DNA of 64,000 bases from Spirochaetota bacterium (GTDB lineage: Bacteria; Spirochaetota; UBA6919; CBDBPB01): assembly GCA_965208615.1 (NCBI GenBank), contig CBDBPB010000009.1, positions 1 through 64,000 of the forward strand. The letters are read 5' to 3'. Made by a program: the position numbers and the translations under genes. The notes below the pieces were generated by a model, which did no database searches, was not told the origin of the DNA, and saw nothing but the letters and a program-made list of their open reading frames with translations. Shown piece after piece: positions 32,565-41,587 of the stretch (position 1 is the first letter of the stretch; every line of letters begins with the position of its first letter).

Positions 32565-33704
32565 ATGGCTAAAAGAATTGTAATTGTCGGAGGAGGTGCA
32601 GGAGGTACTATTACCGCTAATCTATTAGCTAGAAACCTATACAGACAAATAGTAAATGGTGAAATAGTGATAAATATGATCACTGATAGAGCAGACCATG
32701 TTTATCAACCAGGTTTCCTTTATATTGTATTTGATAAAATGAGATCTGATGAAATTATTAGAAATCAAAGTGAACTCTTAGACTCCCATATAAACCTTTT
32801 TGTTGATCCAGCTGTTAAGGTAGATAAAGATAAAAAAACTGTATATACGCAAAGCGGTAAAGAATTTCAATATGATTATCTTGTAATGGCTACTGGTTCT
32901 AGAATTGTTCCAGAGCTAATTCCAGGATTAAAAGAAGGAGCTCAGTGGTTTTATGATTTAGAAGGTGCTAAAAGGCTTAGAGATACTCTAAAAACTTTTG
33001 AAGGTGGACGCATAGTTATTACTGTAGGTGTGCCTCATAAATGCCCTGTAGCCCCTTTAGAAATTACTTTTATGCTTTATGACTACTTTGAAGAAAGAGG
33101 CATATTGGATAAAGTTGAACTATATTATACTTATCCAATAAATAGACTCCATGGCCTTCAGCCTGTTGCGAATTGGGCTCTACCTGCTTTTGAGAAAAAA
33201 GGTATTAAATATGAAACCCTATTTAACATGGAAGAAGTAGATCCAGATAAAAAATTAATTAAAACTATGGAAGGTAGTGAATTAAGTTATGATCTGTTAA
33301 TAGCTATCCCACCTCATAAGGGTGCTCAGGTTGTAGAAGACTCTGACCTAGGTAAAGATGGGTGGATACCAACTGATCGTAATAAACTATATTGTGAGGG
33401 TACTAATGATATTTATGTTGTTGGAGATACTACTAATCTGCCTATAAGTAAGGCTGGTTCTACCGCACACTTTGAATCCGATGTTGTTGCAGAGCGAATA
33501 TCTTCACAAATTCTTGAAGGGGATACCTCAATAGAGTATGAAGGCAAGGTTGTATGCTTTGTAGAAACAGGATTTAATGAGGCTACCTATATTTGGTTTA
33601 ATTATAAGACTCCACCTAAGCCAACTCCACCGTCTAAGATGTTACACTGGATGAAACTAGGCTATAATAGACTTTACTGGCTTTCTGCTAGGGGGATTTT
33701 ATAA
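32565..33704 (+). CDS. Sulfide:quinone oxidoreductase-like flavoprotein (short, type III-like)
   Basis: GGGAGG, YQPG, YDYLVMATG, KCPVAPLE, GD..NLPISKAG and VCFVETG (two catalytic-position Cys). Confidence 0.82.
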   Translation: MAKRIVIVGGGAGGTITANLLARNLYRQIVNGEIVINMITDRADHVYQPGFLYIVFDKMRSDEIIRNQSELLDSHINLFVDPAVKVDKDKKTVYTQSGKEFQYDYLVMATGSRIVPELIPGLKEGAQWFYDLEGAKRLRDTLKTFEGGRIVITVGVPHKCPVAPLEITFMLYDYFEERGILDKVELYYTYPINRLHGLQPVANWALPAFEKKGIKYETLFNMEEVDPDKKLIKTMEGSELSYDLLIAIPPHKGAQVVEDSDLGKDGWIPTDRNKLYCEGTNDIYVVGDTTNLPISKAGSTAHFESDVVAERISSQILEGDTSIEYEGKVVCFVETGFNEATYIWFNYKTPPKPTPPSKMLHWMKLGYNRLYWLSARGIL

Positions 33705-33705
33705 T

Positions 33706-34497
33706 ATGGCAAACAATGTCAATGAAGCTTTATTAGAAAAGCTTTCTGATGAAAAAAGTATTGATGCCCTTAATAACCTTTTAGATAGAGTCACGGAACT
33801 TCATGAAACAGGTGTTTTAGACTCATTTCTACAAGTGGTTCAGGGCGTTAACTTTATGAAGGATAGCTTAACCGATACTATGGTTAATAAAAACGCTAGT
33901 ATGCTATCTAACCTTGTTGAGGTAGCCGCTGAAGCTGCTAGTCCTGAAGTGCTTGAAACTATTAAAGAACTAAAAAACATCCACAGGTCAGGTAAGCTCA
34001 AAGACCTTTTTGAGGTAACCGATAACATAGCATTTCTTTTAAACTCTGCCACAGATAAAATTCTAGAAAGAAATGCTGCTATGCTTGGTGAGTTAATAAA
34101 CGTTGCAAATGAGGCAAGTGATCCATCAATGGCTGAAGCGATCCGCGAAATAAAACAACTACAAAAATCTGGTAGCTTAAAAGCATTGGCTGAAGCATCA
34201 TATATGGTAGCATTTATGACTGACTCTTTAGATGATAGTATGGTAGAAAGACTTGCATCTTTTGCTGCCAGCTTTATTGAGCAAGTCTCAACCCCACAAA
34301 TGCAGGATATATTAAAAGCTACAACTAATGCCGTTTCTGAAACCATTACTAACTTCTATAAAGTGCCCTCTAAACCAGGGTTTATTAACTTAATATCTAT
34401 GCTAAATAATAAAGAAATCCAATCAGGATTAATGTTTATGGCTAGAATGTCAAAGAATATACAAAAGGCTATGATTAAACATTACTCTGGTAAGTAA
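33706..34497 (+). CDS. DUF1641-like helical protein with three internal repeats
   Basis: C-terminal KPGFINLISMLNNKEIQSGLMFM; follows the SQR-like gene. Confidence 0.7.
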   Translation: MANNVNEALLEKLSDEKSIDALNNLLDRVTELHETGVLDSFLQVVQGVNFMKDSLTDTMVNKNASMLSNLVEVAAEAASPEVLETIKELKNIHRSGKLKDLFEVTDNIAFLLNSATDKILERNAAMLGELINVANEASDPSMAEAIREIKQLQKSGSLKALAEASYMVAFMTDSLDDSMVERLASFAASFIEQVSTPQMQDILKATTNAVSETITNFYKVPSKPGFINLISMLNNKEIQSGLMFMARMSKNIQKAMIKHYSGK

Positions 34498-34500
34498 AAT

Positions 34501-34535
34501 AAAAAAAGCGTCATTCCAAATATGACGCTTTTTTT
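34501..34535. terminator. Bidirectional intrinsic terminator
   Basis: AAAAAAAGCGTCAT-N7-ATGACGCTTTTTTT between convergent operons. Confidence 0.85.
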
Positions 34536-34698
34536 ACCACATTATTAGCTTATCATGACTCTCTATCAGGTCTAAAAGCTCATCAGCTGACTTATTCTCA
34601 AGTTCTACTAACGATACTTCATGATTTTTTTTATGACTTTCACAAATTGTTTTTGCTGTGTCAGTCAATTCACTCTTTAAAATATACAAAACTTTCAT
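34534..34698 (-). CDS. 54-aa DsrH/TusB-like protein (below the ORF-track cutoff)
   Basis: AGGAG RBS; MKVLYILK...DELLDLIESHDKLIMW*; third gene after the DsrE- and DsrF-like genes. Confidence 0.7.
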   Translation of the reverse strand: MKVLYILKSELTDTAKTICESHKKNHEVSLVELENKSADELLDLIESHDKLIMW

Positions 34699-34713
34699 TG
34701 CTAACTCCTATTA

Positions 34714-34986
34714 CTAAAAAGGATCAATAATATCATATTCCAAAAGCTTATTGGCTATTTCTTCGTTAGTTAAATAAGTTAAATCAGAATTATCTTTTGT
34801 ATTGGTATAAATATTAAAATCTAAGCCCTTAATAAGTTCAAAATTATCTTGCACGTCCTTATCACTATATAGCTTTTTATCCAAAACAAAGACATCAACC
34901 AAGTCATCCAACATAATAAGCCCTGCACTAATCCTAAGAGCCTCTCGTTGTCTATCTCTTACAAGTATTGCAATCTTTTTTGACAT
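34714..34986 (-). CDS. DsrF/TusC-like protein
   Basis: KKIAILVRDRQREALRISAGL..VDVFVLD...EEIANKLLEYDII. Confidence 0.65.
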   Translation of the reverse strand: MSKKIAILVRDRQREALRISAGLIMLDDLVDVFVLDKKLYSDKDVQDNFELIKGLDFNIYTNTKDNSDLTYLTNEEIANKLLEYDIIDPF

Positions 34987-34998
34987 TAAATACTCCCT

Positions 34999-35301
34999 CT
35001 AAAATACTAATATTTTATCACAATCACTATGAATAGATGCATTTTGAAATTGAGTACCCATAATAATACCCTCTGCTATTTCACTTTCCTCAACTTTCAT
35101 AGCCCTTGCACTAAAATCACAAAGACTAATTGATATATTATCATTATTCCTAAGATCAGTAAAGTCATTGTTCCTAACAAGTTTTACACCACTATCAGTC
35201 ATAAAAACCTTTACCTGATAGCCTCTTTTTAGGGCAGACCTAGTAATATCAACAATTTTATTTGCATATTTGTCCTGCGTAACAAATATTCCAATATCCA
35301 T
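34999..35301 (-). CDS. DsrE/TusD-like protein
   Basis: VKVFMTDSGV, ISLCDFSA and CDKILVF motifs; AGGAGG RBS. Confidence 0.8.
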   Translation of the reverse strand: MDIGIFVTQDKYANKIVDITRSALKRGYQVKVFMTDSGVKLVRNNDFTDLRNNDNISISLCDFSARAMKVEESEIAEGIIMGTQFQNASIHSDCDKILVF

Positions 35302-35662
35302 TTACTCCTCCTAAAAAATATATTATATAAAACAGCCCTTTATAAAGCCTAAGGTCTGAATAAGCCAAAAAGATTAAAATACCTTTATAACTTTTGATAG
35401 GTTATTTTCTTATTGATACTAATTAAACTGTATGCTTAATCTATAAAGGTAGCTATTTTTTATAATAATACAAAATACTTTTTACAATATTTAAATTATG
35501 ACTTAATGTCTATGAAGGTTAAAGTATTCTAGCTAATATAATAAATCATTATTAGTATATAGACTTAGTTTATTTTTAATAAAATTATTGTTTTAAGTTA
35601 TAATTTTAAATAATAGCTTACATATTAAGTAAAGTAGTACATCTTTGCTAATAATGACAAAA

Positions 35663-36292
35663 TTAAAAACCATGTTTTAGTAAAAAGTCTTTAGATAAAC
35701 CTTGTCCTTCTTTGTTAGTAAGCTTATCAACGTATTTAGAGAATAAATCAACCTCTATATTAACAATATCCCCTATTTGCCTGTATTGAAAAATTGTTTT
35801 CTTTATGGTAAGAGGGATAACTGTAACCTTAAATCCGTAGTCATAAAGCTTATTAATGGTTAAACTAACACCGTCTATAGCAACAGATCCTTTATGAATA
35901 AGGTATTTAAGTACCTTATTAGAACAAGATATAATTATATTATATTCTTCAGCAGTTTTTTGTATATCCTTTATAACAGCAGTCTCATCAACATGACCCT
36001 GAACTAAATGACCATCCAAAAAGCTATTTAGAGTAATAGGACGCTCTAAATTAACGTAATCACTCTGTTTAAGTATAGATAAATTAGTTAGAGAGAGGGT
36101 TTCAGCGGATGAATAAAAAGAAAATAAACCCTTATCTATATTAGTAACCGTTTGACAAGCCCCATTAACTGCAATACTATCCCCAATGGTTAGCCCTTTA
36201 ACATCTATGTTAGATGAAACAGTAAAAGTCTTTCCTATACGGCTTTCTATTTTATGAATAGTAGCAATATCTTGTATCATTCCACTAAACAT
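35663..36292 (-). CDS. ribE: Riboflavin synthase alpha chain
   Basis: MFSGMIQ, GDSIAVNGAC, GHLVQGHVD and KGSVAIDGVSLT motifs. Confidence 0.95.
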   Translation of the reverse strand: MFSGMIQDIATIHKIESRIGKTFTVSSNIDVKGLTIGDSIAVNGACQTVTNIDKGLFSFYSSAETLSLTNLSILKQSDYVNLERPITLNSFLDGHLVQGHVDETAVIKDIQKTAEEYNIIISCSNKVLKYLIHKGSVAIDGVSLTINKLYDYGFKVTVIPLTIKKTIFQYRQIGDIVNIEVDLFSKYVDKLTNKEGQGLSKDFLLKHGF

Positions 36293-36390
36293 ATAACTCC
36301 TCTATAATAATATTTTATTTTAAGCACTTTAGTTATAACAACGTTTTGGTTTAAATGTAGCTATTTTTTTTTAATATATGTAAAAAATAC

Positions 36391-36419
36391 TTGTCAAAAA
36401 AGAAAAAATTGCGTATAAT
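36391..36419 (+). promoter_or_regulatory. sigma70 promoter of the ECF sigma gene
   Basis: TTGTCA-N17-TATAAT. Confidence 0.75.
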
Positions 36420-36461
36420 AAACTTAAATATCATAAGAATTATTAAGCTAGGGTAAGCAAA

Positions 36462-37055
36462 ATAACACTTTCTATTGAAACAAGCAAACAATATGAAGAT
36501 GAGTGTCTTTGCCATAAAGACTCCCTATATAGTTTATCTAGATATCTAACCTCCGACGAACACGAGGCTGATGATCTATTTCAAGAAACTCTATTAAGAA
36601 GTTATCAGTTTTTTCATACATTCAAGTCACAAACGAATTGTAAAGCCTGGCTCTTTAAGATAATGAAAAATATCTTCATTAATCACTGTAGAAGAAAAAA
36701 ACGTCAATTAGACTTTATCTCTTTTGAAAACCAATATCATAGCGAAACTGAAGGTAATACTACTAACGATAAATGGCAAAGTATTAATCCCGAAAACTTT
36801 GTAATAAATGGAATGCTTAGTCCAGAAGTTAGTTATGCCCTTAGTATGCTACCTGAAGACTATAAAATGGTAGTAATCCTGGCTGATATAGAACTTATGT
36901 CTTATAACGAAATGGCAAAAAGACTTAATTGTCCTATTGGTACTGTTAGATCAAGGTTGTCAAGAGGACGTAAGATTCTTAAAAAATTGCTATTTAAGTT
37001 CGCCCTTAAAGAAGGAATTATTAAAACTAACCGTAACTATATACAAAAACAATAA
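36462..37055 (+). CDS. ECF sigma factor (RpoE/SigH-like); frame open 67 codons upstream of the annotated ATG, probable ATA start
   Basis: Region 2 (EADDLFQETLLRSY...KAWLFKIMKN) lies upstream of 36663; region 4 reads SYNEMA..LNCPIGTVRSRLSRGR. Confidence 0.88.
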   Translation: MTLSIETSKQYEDECLCHKDSLYSLSRYLTSDEHEADDLFQETLLRSYQFFHTFKSQTNCKAWLFKIMKNIFINHCRRKKRQLDFISFENQYHSETEGNTTNDKWQSINPENFVINGMLSPEVSYALSMLPEDYKMVVILADIELMSYNEMAKRLNCPIGTVRSRLSRGRKILKKLLFKFALKEGIIKTNRNYIQKQ

Positions 37056-37267
37056 TAACCCTACAAACTAAGTCTATATAAACTTTTTTATATGTTAAAG
37101 TGTTTCATAAATTAATCTGTTTAATTATAAGCAATTTTATTATTTTTCATTTTTAACTATATATACAAAAAGTTAGGCTTTAAGCCACAAAAAACAATAT
37201 TTATATATAGATTTATAATTTTAACATAAAGATATAACTACTTAATAATCTTAGTATAAGACTGCAA

Positions 37268-38029
37268 ATGGAAAAAGAAAGTATTATAAGCATTCAAAAA
37301 TTAAAAACTGTCCTTAATGGAAAAGTTGTTCACAAAAACGTAAACCTCAATATTGAAAAAGGTGAAACCATGCTGGTTATAGGAGGTAGTGGATGCGGTA
37401 AAAGTGTTCTGTTTAAAAGTATTATTGGTCTTATTAAACCAGTCAGTGGGTCTATTTTTATTGATGGAGTAGATATTACAAAAATATCGTATAAAAAAAT
37501 GGATGGAGTTAGAAAGAAATTTGGCGTACTCTTCCAAGGAGCGGCCTTATTTGACTCTCTAACGGTAAAAGAAAATGTGGCATTTAGCTTAAAATACAAT
37601 AGCAACCTTTCTGATAATAAAATTAATAGTATAGTAAAAGAAAACCTTTCTCACGTTGGGCTTAAAGATGTCCTAGAGTTATATCCCAGTGAACTAAGCG
37701 GCGGAATGCAAAAACGAGTTGGATTAGCTCGTGCAATTGCCCTTAATCCAGAGATTATACTCTATGATGAACCAACTACGGGATTAGACCCAATTATGGC
37801 AGATATTATAAATGATCTTATTTTACAACTACAAAATGAATTAGGGATAACTTCCTTAGTTGTAACCCACGATATGACAAGCGCTTTTAAAGTCGGTAAT
37901 CGTATAGCTATGCTACATGATGGGCATATTATAGAAGTTGGTAAAACTAAAGATATTAAACATTCAAAAAACCCTTATGTTAAACAGTTTATACTTGGTC
38001 AAGAAGAAGGACCTTTAAAATTTGAATAA
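37268..38029 (+). CDS. mlaF: ABC transporter ATP-binding protein, MlaF/Mkl family
   Basis: GGSGCGKS, FQGAALFDSL, LSGGMQKRVGLARA and YDEPTTGLDP motifs. Confidence 0.88.
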   Translation: MEKESIISIQKLKTVLNGKVVHKNVNLNIEKGETMLVIGGSGCGKSVLFKSIIGLIKPVSGSIFIDGVDITKISYKKMDGVRKKFGVLFQGAALFDSLTVKENVAFSLKYNSNLSDNKINSIVKENLSHVGLKDVLELYPSELSGGMQKRVGLARAIALNPEIILYDEPTTGLDPIMADIINDLILQLQNELGITSLVVTHDMTSAFKVGNRIAMLHDGHIIEVGKTKDIKHSKNPYVKQFILGQEEGPLKFE

Positions 38030-38201
38030 TATACCATAAACCTAAAATCAAGCTATCTTTGTATAAGTAAAATACTTATCATTATTTTAATTTATATTGC
38101 TAAATTCTGTTTCTTAAAAAAAAAAAAAAAGACTTTTTTTTTTAAAGAAAAATGCTTTTAATTATCTTTAGATTATAAAAGATAACATGCGAGGCTACTA
38201 A

Positions 38202-39101
38202 ATGAAAAAGTTAATATTTATTTTTGTAACAATGATTACTTCTATTATCATTAGTTCATGCGATGATGCAGTAAAGGATACACAACTACCAACTGCAAAA
38301 ATTAAATTTCATAATATAAAAGAAATATCTTTGATAAAGCGTTCTATAACCCTTCAGATGTCACTAGATATTTATAACCCATATCCAGTAGAAGGGACTA
38401 TACAAGAAGTTAATGCTGATCTATTTATACAAGACAAAAAACTATCAGAAATTAACATAGCTGATCCAAAAATAAAAGCTAGTGATACCGTACAGAATCC
38501 ATTTGATGCTGTTATTAAACTTGATGACTTATACAAAATCTATAAAGATATAGGAAAACGTAAAAATGTTCACATTCTTATAAAAGGAGCCATTAAAGTT
38601 GAGGTGCCTGAGTATGGAAGTCATAGTTTTAACTTTCAGCATACACAAGAGTTACCAGCTATCAAAATCAAGCTTAAACTGTCTAACTTTAATATACAAA
38701 GAACAAAAATATCTAAGTTAGACTATACAAATAAAGGATTCATTAATGTAGGAATGCCAATAATAAAAAAACTAGAAGAAAAAAAGTTAGAAGGTAAAGT
38801 ATCTCAAACAGCAAACTTTGACCTAACAGTAACTAACTTAACACAAGCAGATATTAGCTTTAACAATCTAAAAATAGACTTACTTAATAAAAGCGGCCAA
38901 GCATTAATATCGTCTAGCAGTAGACAGGCAATTTCTTCAGCGAAAACTGATTTGGGTTATCATAAAGAGGTTTATCGTGTAAGTAGTGAATTAGAGTCTA
39001 GCTTAAGGTCTATGAGGATAAACAGGATAAAAGGTTCAGTAGATATTAATCTGCCATCTCCCTTTGGAACACGACCTATTCTATTCTCACAAAAACCATA
39101 A
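38202..39101 (+). CDS. LEA_2/WHy-domain lipoprotein
   Basis: Lipobox ISSC; LDIYNPYP motif; beta-rich. Confidence 0.65.
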   Translation: MKKLIFIFVTMITSIIISSCDDAVKDTQLPTAKIKFHNIKEISLIKRSITLQMSLDIYNPYPVEGTIQEVNADLFIQDKKLSEINIADPKIKASDTVQNPFDAVIKLDDLYKIYKDIGKRKNVHILIKGAIKVEVPEYGSHSFNFQHTQELPAIKIKLKLSNFNIQRTKISKLDYTNKGFINVGMPIIKKLEEKKLEGKVSQTANFDLTVTNLTQADISFNNLKIDLLNKSGQALISSSSRQAISSAKTDLGYHKEVYRVSSELESSLRSMRINRIKGSVDINLPSPFGTRPILFSQKP

Positions 39102-39272
39102 TCAAACATATTTATCAACATGCCTTTCTTCTTCTGAAGGAAGGTATTTATTATTATTATCAATATGTTTTTCATCAAGCTTTCTTTTTACTTTTCTAGG
39201 TAGGCCAATATTTCTAACACTTTTATGAATAGATGTAACGCTATTATAATCTTCAGTATGTTCTACTTTCAT
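39102..39272 (-). CDS. 56-aa small protein, possibly motility-associated (missed by the ORF track)
   Basis: AAAGGA RBS; MKVEHTEDY...ERHVDKYV*; sigma28-like promoter upstream. Confidence 0.55.
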   Translation of the reverse strand: MKVEHTEDYNSVTSIHKSVRNIGLPRKVKRKLDEKHIDNNNKYLPSEEERHVDKYV

Positions 39273-39324
39273 AATAGTATTCCTTTTTGGCTTATTCCTC
39301 CACCAGCCATAATTATTATCTTAC

Positions 39325-39352
39325 TTATCGGCTCTAAATAAGATTTACTATA
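39325..39352 (-). promoter_or_regulatory. sigma28 (FliA)-type promoter
   Basis: TATA-N16-GCCGATAA; the -10 element is a perfect match. Confidence 0.6.
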
Positions 39353-39439
39353 AAAAAAACATTTTTTTTATAATCAAGTAAAAATACTTATAGTTAACTA
39401 ATATTATAGTCAAGTAACAATTTTAATAAAAAAGCTATT

Positions 39440-41269
39440 TTAAGCTATTCCCAAAACCCTAAGAGCATAGTCCACACGTCCAAATGGAGCGCTTATTTGT
39501 ACCCCTTGTATTCTATGCCTAACTTGGAGTAATGTCTTATTAGCAATCTCTATACCCTTTTCAAGAGCTTTTTCTTTACTAGGAGCAACCTTAAGGGCAT
39601 CCATAATATAAATAGGCACATTAACCCCAGGTACCTCATTATCCATAAACAGTGCATTCCTATAACTAACCAAAGGCCATATACCAGCAATAATAGGAAC
39701 TTTTATACCTTTAACCTCATCTAAAAACTTAAACAAAACCTCAATATCAAAAATTGGCTGTGTAATAGCAAAATTAGCCCCTGCATCAACCTTCTGATAA
39801 AAACGATCCACCTCAAGATTAAGATCAAGAGCACCAGGATTCACTCCCACACCTATTAAATAGCCAGTAGGCTTGCCTATAAGGGTTTTAGCTATCATAT
39901 CCAGTCCATGATTAAAATTGTTGACCATTCTAGTCAAGCCAATGGAGTCCACATCAAATACAGGGCTAGCATCAGGGAAGTCCCCCATTTTAGGAGGATC
40001 ACCAGTAATAATTAAAACATTTTTAAGTCCAGCGGCATAGCCCCCAAGCAAGTCAGACTGCATTCCCAATAAGTTCCTATCACGACAGCAATAATGCATT
40101 ATAGTCTCTATACCAACCTGGCTTTCTATAATCTGGGATAGTAGCATAGAGCTCATTCTAGAAGATGCCCTTGGTCCATCAGGTATATTAACCGCATCTA
40201 CCCCTTTATCCTTTAATATAGCGGCCTTTTCTATTATTTTAGAAGGATCACAGCCCTTTGGAGGCGTTATCTCTACAGTGGTTACAAAATCTCCCTTAGC
40301 AATCTTTTTAGCAAAGTTAGACCTATCCTCAATAGGGATAACCTTAACATCAGGAACCTTTTCTGAATAGTCGATTCCTTTATCTTCCTTTTTCAGTGGA
40401 GCAATAGATCTAACAAAAAGCTTTATCTCTTTAATATGCTCTGGACTAGTTCCACAACAGCCTCCAACAACCCTAACCCCCATCTGAATAAACGCTTTAG
40501 TGTATGTAGCAAGATATTCAGGTGTACACAAATAAACTTGACGCCCCTGTTCTTCTCTGGGTAATCCAGCATTAGGCTGAACAATAACTGGCTTTTTAGT
40601 AATTTTAACTATATCTTCAATAGGCTTAAGTATATCCATAACGCCATTAGAACAGTTAAGACCAATTATATCGGCATTTAGCTTATCCAAAGACTTCATC
40701 GCTATACTAGGTTTTTTATTATCTATTAATCCGTTTTTATCCAAAGACATTTGTGCAATTATTATTTTTTTACTAATATGGTTAATTGCGTCAATAGCTA
40801 GGGCTAACTCATTTAAACTATTAAAGCTTTCTAGTATAAAAAAATCGACTTCTCCTTGTTCAAGAACTTTTGCCTGATCCAAAAAAGCTTTATGAGCCTC
40901 TTCTTTTGTAATCCCCCCTTTATAATCCTCAATGGATAAACCAAGGGGTCCAATGGATCCAGCAACAAATACCTTATTTTTTGCACACTCCCTAGCCAAC
41001 CTAGCTCCGCTAATATTTATATCATAAACCTTATCATGAAAGTCCTGTTGTTTTAAGCGATAATAGTTTGCTCCAAAGGTGTTTGTGGTAATAATATCAG
41101 ATCCTGCTTTTATATAGGCATGGTGTATATCCTTTATCATTTGCGGAGAAGACAGATTAACCTCATCAAAACAGCGATTCAAGAATATTCCTTTGTTATA
41201 TAGCATGGTACCCATAGCACCATCTGAAATTAATATTTCATTTTTAACTACTTCTAATATGTTATTCAA
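39440..41269 (-). CDS. Bifunctional homocysteine S-methyltransferase / methylenetetrahydrofolate reductase (YitJ-like)
   Basis: DGAMGT, GLNC, PNAGLP and GGCCGT motifs, followed by an MTHFR domain (CRDRNL, ITGDPP, ITQP). Confidence 0.92.
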   Translation of the reverse strand: MNNILEVVKNEILISDGAMGTMLYNKGIFLNRCFDEVNLSSPQMIKDIHHAYIKAGSDIITTNTFGANYYRLKQQDFHDKVYDINISGARLARECAKNKVFVAGSIGPLGLSIEDYKGGITKEEAHKAFLDQAKVLEQGEVDFFILESFNSLNELALAIDAINHISKKIIIAQMSLDKNGLIDNKKPSIAMKSLDKLNADIIGLNCSNGVMDILKPIEDIVKITKKPVIVQPNAGLPREEQGRQVYLCTPEYLATYTKAFIQMGVRVVGGCCGTSPEHIKEIKLFVRSIAPLKKEDKGIDYSEKVPDVKVIPIEDRSNFAKKIAKGDFVTTVEITPPKGCDPSKIIEKAAILKDKGVDAVNIPDGPRASSRMSSMLLSQIIESQVGIETIMHYCCRDRNLLGMQSDLLGGYAAGLKNVLIITGDPPKMGDFPDASPVFDVDSIGLTRMVNNFNHGLDMIAKTLIGKPTGYLIGVGVNPGALDLNLEVDRFYQKVDAGANFAITQPIFDIEVLFKFLDEVKGIKVPIIAGIWPLVSYRNALFMDNEVPGVNVPIYIMDALKVAPSKEKALEKGIEIANKTLLQVRHRIQGVQISAPFGRVDYALRVLGIA

Positions 41270-41587
41270 GGGGTTTTCCTTTATTTTATTGAGAATGTTA
41301 AAATTGCTTAAGAATTTAAAGTTATTTAAATTTGGAGTTAAAAAAAGTTTTTTTGTTAAAAAAGTAACAAAAACAAGGAAAAGTTTATAATCTTTTTATA
41401 AGATAGAGCGTATAACTGATAATAAAAAAAATTAAAAGTTTTATAAAAACTATATAAAAAAGTTTATTACTCTATAATAAATTTTATACTTTTATACAAA
41501 TTATCTGTTAAAAAGCTTTTTATTATATTTGTTATAACCTTTGTTAACAACATTTTCTATAAATAGAAATCTAATACATAATAAATT

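Noticed and set aside
36293-36400. FMN riboswitch upstream of riboflavin synthase
   Set aside because: No RFN consensus, and the space is taken by the divergent promoter
37219-37246. TTATGTTAAAA (minus strand) as a dif XerD arm
   Set aside because: No plausible XerC arm and no composition switch nearby
38111-38150. Long A-run/T-run hairpin
   Set aside because: Low-complexity homopolymers of unreliable length; at most a weak terminator
41270-41587. SAM riboswitch upstream of the yitJ-like gene
   Set aside because: Extremely AT-rich with no recognisable S-box core; the 65-aa ORF here is antisense noise
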